From IMG/VR virus record IMGVR_UViG_3300032286_001748: a stretch of 64,000 nt of DNA; one strand, written 5' to 3'. A model generated the notes under the pieces. The model did no database searches, was not told where the DNA came from, and was given only the letters and a program-made list of their open reading frames with translations. How positions within the stretch are numbered: position 1 is the stretch's first letter; each line of letters starts with the position of its first letter. Made by a program: the position numbers and the translations under genes. Positions 35,555 to 43,639 of this stretch are shown here, piece by piece. The stretch is from an uncultured virus (IMG/VR IMGVR_UViG_3300032286_001748). Lineage: Duplodnaviria > Heunggongvirae > Uroviricota > Caudoviricetes.

Positions 35555-36999
35555 CAGACGTACCCCTCAAACATCGGGAAGGAGATCGCACGATGGCGCG
35601 CGGAGCTGCCCCGCGTGGAGCGCGCCTCCGGGGAGAAGCCCGGATCGGGCCCCTCGGTCTGCTTGGAGCGCCCCGTGTAGACATACCGCTGGCCCTTGAG
35701 GAAGACCTCGACGCCGGGAACCGGTCGATCCCCCATGACCCCGAGGTCGAGCGCACGCATCTCCTGCTTGAACGAAGAGACGGGTCCGCTCCAGTCCGAC
35801 GCGGGGACGACCTCGTAGAGGTTCGCCGCCATGTTCCCGTGCGAGTAGCTGTAGCCGCTCGTGACCCAGAGCCGGCCGTCGAGCGCGAACGCCTGCTTGC
35901 CGGACTCCTTCGTACGCGCGTCATCCGACATGACTCTCGCATCCTGGATCTTCTTCATCTGCCCGGCCGTCAGGGTCTCGGGCGCGTCCACGACGCGCGG
36001 CATCCGGTAGAAGAGGGGGAGGCTCTCCTTCTCGGCCACGCGATGCCGCTCGTCCGTGAGCCGGGCGAGGAACCGACGCAGCGCGGCCTCGATGTTCTTG
36101 TCCCACCGCGTCTGGTCGCTGTGCGCGTAGTCTCCCTGCTTGTGGTGCGCGTACCGGATCATCGGGACGAGCCGGTCGTCCTCCCAGCCGAAGTAGTAGC
36201 GGAAGCCGAACACATCCACGAAGTTGCTCCGCAAGTTGCGCATGCGGCCCGGCGTGTCGAACGCGCGAATGATGTCCTCGGCCGTGACATGGCGAGGAGA
36301 ATACCAGTCTCGACGCGACTCATCGTACTTCTTCCGGGCCAGCTTGCGGGCCCCCACACTCGGGCAGGTCGCCCCCTGCGAGACGAGGTCTGCGAAGTCC
36401 TTGGTGATGGTGTCGGACTTGCCCAGCTCCCGGACCTTCTCGAGGAGCGCGTTGGCGGGGAGGGAGAAGTCGATGGACGGGTGCATCGCCGCGAAGGCGC
36501 GCATGACCCGGATGGCGTCCTGCACCTCCATGTCGAGCCCGGTGGCGAACGCCATTCCGCTCGGCGTGTGGGTGACGGTAAGGATGTGAGGATCCCCGTC
36601 CACTTCCGGATGAACCACGAGGCCCAGAACACCCGTCGGGTACGCCTGCAGGGCACGCTTCTTCTTTCCTTTCTTCACCAAGAGCTGCACGGACACGGAA
36701 ACCGTCTCGGACGGGACGGGCCACAACCCGAACACCGGCTCCTTCGGCTCGGGCCGCTGGACCCGCGCACGGGGGCGAAGGGCGTGGACCGAATCCTGCC
36801 AGAAGACCTGCTTCTTCAGGTCCCGCGCCCTGGACGCCACCGGGGAGGCTTCGCCCACACCGTAGTTGCGGAGGAAGCTCGCAAGCGTCCCCACCGAGAC
36901 AGGCGCCTGCGCCTTCGGGGCCTGCGCCTTCGGGGCCTGCGCCTTCAGGGCCTGCGCCTTCGGGGCACCGTAGGTGGCGAGGAAGTCTGCGAGGTTCAT
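35554..36999 (-). CDS. Hypothetical protein with a double tag B leader
   Basis: MNLADFLATYGAPKAQ...TLASFLRNYG; flanked by about 68-bp direct repeats (35466..35533 and 36965..37032). Confidence 0.8.
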   Translation of the reverse strand: MNLADFLATYGAPKAQALKAQAPKAQAPKAQAPVSVGTLASFLRNYGVGEASPVASRARDLKKQVFWQDSVHALRPRARVQRPEPKEPVFGLWPVPSETVSVSVQLLVKKGKKKRALQAYPTGVLGLVVHPEVDGDPHILTVTHTPSGMAFATGLDMEVQDAIRVMRAFAAMHPSIDFSLPANALLEKVRELGKSDTITKDFADLVSQGATCPSVGARKLARKKYDESRRDWYSPRHVTAEDIIRAFDTPGRMRNLRSNFVDVFGFRYYFGWEDDRLVPMIRYAHHKQGDYAHSDQTRWDKNIEAALRRFLARLTDERHRVAEKESLPLFYRMPRVVDAPETLTAGQMKKIQDARVMSDDARTKESGKQAFALDGRLWVTSGYSYSHGNMAANLYEVVPASDWSGPVSSFKQEMRALDLGVMGDRPVPGVEVFLKGQRYVYTGRSKQTEGPDPGFSPEARSTRGSSARHRAISFPMFEGYV

Positions 37000-37002
37000 G
37001 GC

Positions 37003-38253
37003 CTACTCATAGTCGCGCACGGCGACGAAGGAGGGGAAACGGGGCGCACCCGAGGGCGTCCGCTCTTGATAACGGTACATGATGCGCGTGCCCACCGGAA
37101 ACGGGTTCTCGCGCTGGCGATCGGTGAGGCCCGTTCCCACCCGGAACCGCACCCCCGTCTCCTCGTCCACCGCCTCGTACCCCCCGATGCGGCCCCGGTG
37201 CTTCCCCTCGCCCGCATAGGTGCCCACGACGCGGGCCTCGGCGTCGTGGAAGTCCTTGACCTTGAGCAGGGACGCGGAGCGGCGGCGCTCGTAGGCGCTG
37301 CCCGGCGCCCGCAGCATCGTGCCCTCGATGCCCTGCGCCGTCGCGCTTGCGTGGAACTCCCCGAGGTGCTTGGGCGAGCGGCAGCGGGTCTGGTGGACGC
37401 GCACGATGGGGCAGTCGCCGCGGTAGGCCTCGCAGGCCGCGACCACCACGTCTGCGACCCGCTCCATCCGCGCCTCAAAGGGCGCGCCGGAGGGGGCATC
37501 GAAGATCCTGTACTGGATCGACCTCCAGCGCGTGTCCGGGGTCTTGGAGCGGACAATGGAGACGGCCTCGTTGAACCGGCCCGGCCCCATGTACAGCTCC
37601 CCGTCGAGGGAGGTGTCCGCGGGGAGTAGATCGGTGAACCAGCTTGGCGCGGAGAACCGGTTGCCGTTCCGGCTGTAGAGCCCCTCGCCGTCCCAGTAGG
37701 CCCGAACCCCGTCGAGCTTTTCGCTCATCCAGTAGCCGGTCGGGTCCGTCGCGGGGGTCCACGTCTCCGCGAGCAGCACGCCCCCCTCGAGCGGGTCACC
37801 GCTGCGCGGGGTGCGCTGGGCGCGCGGGGTTTGGGCGCGCGGGGTCTGGGCCTGCGGCGCGGACGCCTGCCCGGCGAGCCGGGCGTTCATCTGGGGGATG
37901 CTCAGGACCGGGATGCCCAGATCCCGCGCCTTCTGCGCCTTGCCCGAGGCCGTGCGCGGGTCCTTCGCCACGAGCAGCCCGAGGTGCTTCGACACCCCGG
38001 ACGCGACGATGCCGCCCGCCGCCACGATGGCCGCCTCCATGGCCGCGTCCCGGAAGCCCGTCATGCAGACCGAGACGCCCGCGAGCGAGGCCTGCGAGCG
38101 CGCCGGGCGCGGGGCCTGCTGGGCAGGCACAGACCTGTGGAGGAAGTCCGCAAGCCGGGGAACGGCTTGCGTCTTCGGGGCCTGCGCCCTCGGAGCCTTC
38201 GGGGCCTGCTGCTTCGCGGCCCCGTAGGTGGTGAGGAACTGGGCGAGGTTCAT
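37003..38253 (-). CDS. lig: ATP-dependent DNA ligase with N-terminal BRCT domain and tag B leader
   Basis: VCMTGFRD...GVSK..LLVAKD...GKAQKARDLGIPVL (BRCT); SEKLDGVRAYW, DGELY, EGTMLR, LLKVK, PRFP. Confidence 0.92.
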   Translation of the reverse strand: MNLAQFLTTYGAAKQQAPKAPRAQAPKTQAVPRLADFLHRSVPAQQAPRPARSQASLAGVSVCMTGFRDAAMEAAIVAAGGIVASGVSKHLGLLVAKDPRTASGKAQKARDLGIPVLSIPQMNARLAGQASAPQAQTPRAQTPRAQRTPRSGDPLEGGVLLAETWTPATDPTGYWMSEKLDGVRAYWDGEGLYSRNGNRFSAPSWFTDLLPADTSLDGELYMGPGRFNEAVSIVRSKTPDTRWRSIQYRIFDAPSGAPFEARMERVADVVVAACEAYRGDCPIVRVHQTRCRSPKHLGEFHASATAQGIEGTMLRAPGSAYERRRSASLLKVKDFHDAEARVVGTYAGEGKHRGRIGGYEAVDEETGVRFRVGTGLTDRQRENPFPVGTRIMYRYQERTPSGAPRFPSFVAVRDYE

Positions 38254-38254
38254 C

Positions 38255-40936
38255 TCAGTGGGCACCGTAGAAGACGGGGAGGTCCTTGGCGAGCCAGCAG
38301 GCGCGGCAGTTGGCCGTACGGCACGACTTCGCCTCCTTCTCCGTGACGCGGCCACCCTCGTCCTTGAAGTCCATCTTCGTGTACACGGGGCACTGGTAGG
38401 CCCGAACTCCGCGGGTGTCGTTCATCACCGGGTACTGACCGTCGATCTTCGCGGCAACCCCGCTACCCGCGTTCAGACCCGCGATGTGCGGGATGGCGAT
38501 GGGCTGCGAGCGCGTCCGACGAACATAGAGGCTCGACGGACGGAGGGTGAAGTTGGGGAGGCTCGCCAGATCCTTGAGCGACGACATGGATCGGCTCGGG
38601 ACGAACAGCTTGAACTTGTCTGAACCGATCTCGTCCGCCAAGAACTCTCCGGGCGAGAGATCCGTCGTACTCGCCTTGGAGATCGGGCTCCCCTCGGGAA
38701 CATCCTTCCAGCACACCCCACTCCCGCGCCTCCACGTCCGGAGGGAGAAAGAAGGGCGGCTCAAAAAGTTGGCGAACGCCCGCATCTTGGCGCTCCACGA
38801 CTTGGCTTCGGCATCGTTCAGAGGAACGAGCTTGCCCCACTGGCGCGTGGGGGCCCAGAACTGGACACCCGGAAGGGACCGTGCCGCAAGAACCCACGCC
38901 TCCTGGTAGGGGCCCCCGATCCCGAAGTCCCCAGAGTCATGCAGACGGAAGAAGCCAGCCACATCCCCGTTTCCGATGACCTTTCTCCGAGCGAGCCCGT
39001 TGAAGAACTCCACGGTGTCGTCCGGAACCGACTGCTGCTTCACCGACTGAGCCTGCGGAACAACCGCATCCCCCTCGACGCGCATCGGATGGATGGAGAG
39101 GCTCTGGATGCGAAGCGGGGTAGAGTCGACCGGCGTCCGCTTGCTCGACCGACCCTGCGGCGTCAAGATGCGACCCCCTTCCCACACCCCGATCTCCTGG
39201 CAGGAGCGCTGGTTGTGCTTGGTGTGCTTGGCGTAGGTCCAGATCATCTGGGCGAGATTCGCGGCACACCCCTCCACGCCCCCCACCCCCTTGAGCAGGT
39301 CCTCGACCCACTTCTTCCGTGCGGCCTGCTGGGTCATGTTGTTCGCGTAGCCGTAGTTCGCGCCCATGGCGTAACAGACGGTGCAGATGTAGCTGGGAAC
39401 CAGCCGATCTCCCTTCCCCTCCTTGCGCGCGACAGGAACGTAGACACCCGACTCCAGCTTCTCGATCTCCTGATTGTTGCGGGAGATCTCACGGCGCTTG
39501 CCCTCGATATTCTTGCGAACATCAAGGATGTAAGCCTGCGTGCGGACCTTCCTCCTTGGAGAGGGACGGAGATCATCCTCCAGCGCCAGGATGCGTGCCT
39601 GCGCGCCCTTGATGAGATTCCGACGACGCTCGATGGCCGACTTGACCTCGGCCGTCATCATCGGGGCCTGCCGGCGCGTCTTGGCGCTCGTCGGAAGCCC
39701 GATGTCACCCGAAGGACATGTCCCGCCTGCGGAGGCGGCTCCCGCCGGGAGGCCGAACGACGGGGAGGCCATCTTGGAGGTGCAGGTCACGAGCGCGATG
39801 GACTTCATCCCATACGGGAAGGCCATCGATCCAGAGACGATAGCGAGAAAGAACACGCCGACCGGATCTTCCCCACGATGAAGGGAGAGGATGGGAGAAC
39901 CGGAGAGACCCTTGAGGAGCTGAGCATCCTCGTCCTCCTCCGCCTCGTCGAGCAGATCGGCTTCCTGCTCTGCGTCCGATGCTACGACACCGTCGACCGA
40001 GTCAGATCCGGTCGCGCCACGCATGGGCGGAGCCGGGAACGCCATGCCCGACCCGCTCGGAGCCACAACGGAGACCGAACGAAGCGAACGCTCCATCTGC
40101 TCGTAGGTGTGGACCGTACCGGCAGCCGAGAGCTTGATGTTGTTCTCTTCTTTGACAAGGGGTACGTCCGGCATCCGCTTCGGAACGACCAGCGTGAAGC
40201 GCAGGTCTGCGAAGAGGGACTGGGAGGTCTTGCCTTCGACCGTTTCGTAGACCGGTTCCCGCTGGGCCTCGGAGAGGAGCGTGACCTTCCTCGGCTTATT
40301 GGCCGGTGGGTCCTCGACCTCGACCACAACCGGATTCCCCGCGTGATACTCCGAATCCCGGGCCTCCTGCTGGAGGAGGTAGATGCACCACGCGCGCTTT
40401 GCATAAAGAGCAGCAAAGTAGCGAGCATAAACCCCGTTCTCTTCTTCAGAAGACGCAGCGCGGTGACGCGACCGCCAGTCCTTGAGCTTCTCGTCCGCAT
40501 ACGACGAGAGCGTCATCAGACCACCCGCACCCTCCTTGTCCTCGGGATCCGGGCAGACATACGCGGCCTCGAGCAGGACGCGCTGATAGGCATCGAGCGC
40601 GCCGATCTTCTCCCGATCTCCCTCGTCCAGAAGCTGACGCATCTCGTTCTGGTAGAAGGCCAAGAAGGCCTTGCCACGCTCATTGGAACGACCGCAGTAC
40701 CCGTAGATACGGGAAAGGGGAACCACGAACCCGGCACGCGAAGAGAAGCGCTGGCGAAACAGATAGCTCCCGCGCGCCTCGTCTTCCTTCTCGACCGCGC
40801 AGTTAGCCGAACCGCACGACGAGCAGGCATGGTGAGAACGCGATCCACTGGACCGACTCGCCACCACCGACCCAAGCGCAAGCGCGCCCACGGCGCCCAG
40901 CGCCCAGAGCATCCCGTTGTCTGCGTTCTTCGCCAT
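38255..40936 (-). CDS. Large protein with GP88-like (radical-SAM-related) domain and tag A leader
   Basis: TSKMASPSFGLPA..TCP...CTVCYA, FRLHDSGDF, FWAPTR, C-terminal CP...CRACW...YGAH; lower GC than its flanks. Confidence 0.7.
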   Translation of the reverse strand: MAKNADNGMLWALGAVGALALGSVVASRSSGSRSHHACSSCGSANCAVEKEDEARGSYLFRQRFSSRAGFVVPLSRIYGYCGRSNERGKAFLAFYQNEMRQLLDEGDREKIGALDAYQRVLLEAAYVCPDPEDKEGAGGLMTLSSYADEKLKDWRSRHRAASSEEENGVYARYFAALYAKRAWCIYLLQQEARDSEYHAGNPVVVEVEDPPANKPRKVTLLSEAQREPVYETVEGKTSQSLFADLRFTLVVPKRMPDVPLVKEENNIKLSAAGTVHTYEQMERSLRSVSVVAPSGSGMAFPAPPMRGATGSDSVDGVVASDAEQEADLLDEAEEDEDAQLLKGLSGSPILSLHRGEDPVGVFFLAIVSGSMAFPYGMKSIALVTCTSKMASPSFGLPAGAASAGGTCPSGDIGLPTSAKTRRQAPMMTAEVKSAIERRRNLIKGAQARILALEDDLRPSPRRKVRTQAYILDVRKNIEGKRREISRNNQEIEKLESGVYVPVARKEGKGDRLVPSYICTVCYAMGANYGYANNMTQQAARKKWVEDLLKGVGGVEGCAANLAQMIWTYAKHTKHNQRSCQEIGVWEGGRILTPQGRSSKRTPVDSTPLRIQSLSIHPMRVEGDAVVPQAQSVKQQSVPDDTVEFFNGLARRKVIGNGDVAGFFRLHDSGDFGIGGPYQEAWVLAARSLPGVQFWAPTRQWGKLVPLNDAEAKSWSAKMRAFANFLSRPSFSLRTWRRGSGVCWKDVPEGSPISKASTTDLSPGEFLADEIGSDKFKLFVPSRSMSSLKDLASLPNFTLRPSSLYVRRTRSQPIAIPHIAGLNAGSGVAAKIDGQYPVMNDTRGVRAYQCPVYTKMDFKDEGGRVTEKEAKSCRTANCRACWLAKDLPVFYGAH

Positions 40937-40945
40937 GGAGGCCCC

Positions 40946-41407
40946 CTACCCGTTGTTCCGGTTGATCCACCAACCCGCGGCCGCCAAGACGCCCACGACG
41001 CCCAGCGTGAGCAGCGCGCCATCCGCGCCCTTCTCAGCCTTCGCAGCGGCCGCAGCGGCGGCCTCGTCCTTCTGGAAGCTGCCCGCGCCCATCGACTGGG
41101 CCTCGGCCATCCCGATCACCACCGGGCCACCCGGCTGGTAGAGCGGGCAGAGCTGGGTGGACTCCATCTGGGGCGTGGCCGCGCCACGCTCGCGCCACTT
41201 CTGGCAGATGCCGCGCACCGGGCCGCCCGAGCAGTGGCTGCCCGGCTGGCACATCGCCATCGGGCGGGCGATCTGGGCGATCTCCACCTCGGGCGGGCGC
41301 ACGGCGAAGAAGCGGCAGGTGCCGCACTTGCGCTCGGCCGCCGCCTCGTTGGCCTGTTGGGCCTTGTCGGCGCGGAGGTCGTCGAACGCGGGCTCGCTGT
41401 ACAGCAT
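40946..41407 (-). CDS. Cys-rich protein with C-terminal TM
   Basis: CGTCRFF...GICQKW...CPLY; tail ADGALLTLGVVGVLAAAGWW resembles the tag A helix. Confidence 0.7.
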   Translation of the reverse strand: MLYSEPAFDDLRADKAQQANEAAAERKCGTCRFFAVRPPEVEIAQIARPMAMCQPGSHCSGGPVRGICQKWRERGAATPQMESTQLCPLYQPGGPVVIGMAEAQSMGAGSFQKDEAAAAAAAKAEKGADGALLTLGVVGVLAAAGWWINRNNG

Positions 41408-41411
41408 CGGG

Positions 41412-41672
41412 TCACACCAGGGAGAAGAGGTTCATCATGCCGCCGTAGGCCTGCATGAGATGGCGCTCGGAGAGGGAGGGAGATCCCCGGCGACCCGGAC
41501 AGAACAGGACGAACAGATAGCCCGCCCAGAGCGAGATGGCGATAGGGGCAAGGTCCGCCTTGAAGGACGGGGACGGCGGCGCCTCCCCGAAGCTCCCGTC
41601 TGGGAGCAGGACGCGACGACGCGGACCCTCGTACAGCACGCCGAGGTAGTCGATCTCCGGTGTCCGCTTCAT
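41412..41672 (-). CDS. Small hypothetical protein
   Basis: ATG 41672 overlaps the upstream stop; MKRTPEIDYLG. Confidence 0.5.
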   Translation of the reverse strand: MKRTPEIDYLGVLYEGPRRRVLLPDGSFGEAPPSPSFKADLAPIAISLWAGYLFVLFCPGRRGSPSLSERHLMQAYGGMMNLFSLV

Positions 41673-42049
41673 CGCTGCCCCTCCCGATCCAGGATGCCGC
41701 GGAGGAGCGCCCGCACGCTGCTCTCGGGGAACACCGAGGACGCCTTGGGCTGCAGCTCGCTCCGGGCCTGGGCCATCGACATCCCATAGCGCTTCGGACA
41801 CCCGACCACGAGGTGAACCTCGTCTCGATCTTCGGGCACGTCCAGCGCCCCCCAGAGCGCGCCGCGCACCGGCTCGTAGCGCACCCCCATGCGCGGCCCG
41901 GCCCCCGAGAACGTCGCCGTGAACGCCATCGGATCTTTCGCGCGGACGCGGTAACGCGCCGTCTTCCCCTCGGGCGACGACTTCACCTCGCCCAGCTCGA
42001 GCGCCGCCATCGTGCCGAGCGCGATGGGGCCCTGCGGGAACACCTTCAT
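41669..42049 (-). CDS. Hypothetical protein
   Basis: GGAGG RBS; ATGA coupling on both sides. Confidence 0.65.
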   Translation of the reverse strand: MKVFPQGPIALGTMAALELGEVKSSPEGKTARYRVRAKDPMAFTATFSGAGPRMGVRYEPVRGALWGALDVPEDRDEVHLVVGCPKRYGMSMAQARSELQPKASSVFPESSVRALLRGILDREGQR

Positions 42050-42549
42050 GCACCCCTCCCGAGCACGTTGAGGAGACGGTTGCGCGTGACGACGCTCTCC
42101 AAGCCCGGAAGCCCCTGGACGACCCGTGACCCCACACCCCGCCTCGAGGCCGCGTTCCGCACGGGCACGATCTTCACGCGGTGCGCGGCCGGCGTGCCCG
42201 CCACCGCGCGACTCCAGATGGGCGTGAGCGCACCCCCCGCGAGGAACACGATCTGATCGTAGGCCGGGCCCTCCGCGTAGAGCCACGCCCGCAGCCGAAG
42301 CGCGCCCTCGTCAATCGCGTTTCGATCGCGCATCAGGCCATGGGCCGCCACGAAGTGGGGAGATCGGAGGGCATCGCGCTCGTGCATGATGCCGACGATC
42401 GGGTAGAGCCCGTACACGTCGAGGCTGGCCGCGCGGAAGCCCTTGAAGAAGGACTCCCAGCGCTCGCTCCCCGGCGAGAGCGACTCGCCCTCCACCGGGA
42501 CAACAAGGGCCGAACGCGGAGGGGACATGAGCGCCTCGAGAACCGACAC
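42046..42549 (-). CDS. Hypothetical protein
   Basis: 167 aa, co-oriented in the operon. Confidence 0.65.
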   Translation of the reverse strand: MSVLEALMSPPRSALVVPVEGESLSPGSERWESFFKGFRAASLDVYGLYPIVGIMHERDALRSPHFVAAHGLMRDRNAIDEGALRLRAWLYAEGPAYDQIVFLAGGALTPIWSRAVAGTPAAHRVKIVPVRNAASRRGVGSRVVQGLPGLESVVTRNRLLNVLGRGA

Positions 42550-42552
42550 CGA

Positions 42553-43566
42553 TCAGCTCTTGCGCGGATAACGCGCCGACTGCAGATCGTACTGGCGCAC
42601 GCCCGCCGGAGAGAGGCCCATGTCCTTGGCGCCGAGCTTGACGTTGGCGCCCGCACGCGCGGCGGGGCTGTTGATGACCGGGTCTCCGAAGACGTAGTCC
42701 TCAACGAGGTCCGCGACGACGTAGCAGGAGAACGGGATGTTCATGTCCACACCGCCCGTCATCGGCTGGCCGATGAAGGCCTGCACCGTCATCGTCACGT
42801 TCGCCGTGCCGAACACGACCGGGTAGTCGCGCAGGCCGGGGAAGAAGCGCGAGCGGCGCGCGAGGTAGTTGTACGGGTTCTCGCGCTGGGAGCCCTTGGA
42901 TCCCCCGGCCGTCGTGAGGAAGTCGGTGCGGAAATCGGGGAGGAGCTGGAAGGTCGAGGCGTCCATGTCCTCGAGCTGGACGAACAACGTCTGCCCGTTG
43001 TAGAGCGAGAGGTTGCCGACCGAGATGCCGACGCCGAGGGGGGAAAGAGGAACAACCGGAGGAACAACTCCACCCGAAGAGCCCGTGTTGTACGAGCCCT
43101 GGTAGTTCGTCTGGAGGCCCAGGATCTTGTAGGCGCCGTAGTCGAACTGGTAGGTCAGCATCGTCAGCTTGTTCGACTTCATCGAACCGGCCGGGATGAT
43201 GAGGTTGAGGATCGGATCGTCCCCCGCCGTCCCGATGCCGTTCCCCCCCGTCCACGCCTCGGTCGGGTTCTGCGGGTAGAACGGGATGCGGACCAGGCGG
43301 CCCGAGCCCGGAGGAGAGAGGGCGCGGAAGCCGAGGCCGCCGATGCCCGAGACGAGCGCCCGATCGGCACGCAGGCCCGCCTGCATCGCGGAGGCCGGGG
43401 GCGGCACCTTCGCGCGGCGCTTCGCGGGGCTCCCCTCCGCGACGACCGGCTGCGCGCCCAGGATCGGCTGGGGGAGGACACCGACGCCCCCCTTCTCTGC
43501 CGTGCGAGACGGGGCGCGACCGAGGATCGGCTGAGGGAGCAGGGGGCTGGAGGGCGAGCGTGCCAA
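42553..43566 (-). CDS. Putative capsid-family paralogue (divergent)
   Basis: GIGGLGFRALSPPGSGRLVRIPFY...GLRDYPVV...DLVEDYVFG...ARAGA. Confidence 0.7.
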   Translation of the reverse strand: MARSPSSPLLPQPILGRAPSRTAEKGGVGVLPQPILGAQPVVAEGSPAKRRAKVPPPASAMQAGLRADRALVSGIGGLGFRALSPPGSGRLVRIPFYPQNPTEAWTGGNGIGTAGDDPILNLIIPAGSMKSNKLTMLTYQFDYGAYKILGLQTNYQGSYNTGSSGGVVPPVVPLSPLGVGISVGNLSLYNGQTLFVQLEDMDASTFQLLPDFRTDFLTTAGGSKGSQRENPYNYLARRSRFFPGLRDYPVVFGTANVTMTVQAFIGQPMTGGVDMNIPFSCYVVADLVEDYVFGDPVINSPAARAGANVKLGAKDMGLSPAGVRQYDLQSARYPRKS

Positions 43567-43639
43567 AAAAACTCCCGATCGGTGCGCGTGTAACGGCCCG
43601 GCGCGTTTCGCGCACCGGGCCGCTTCCGTTACGGGGAGA

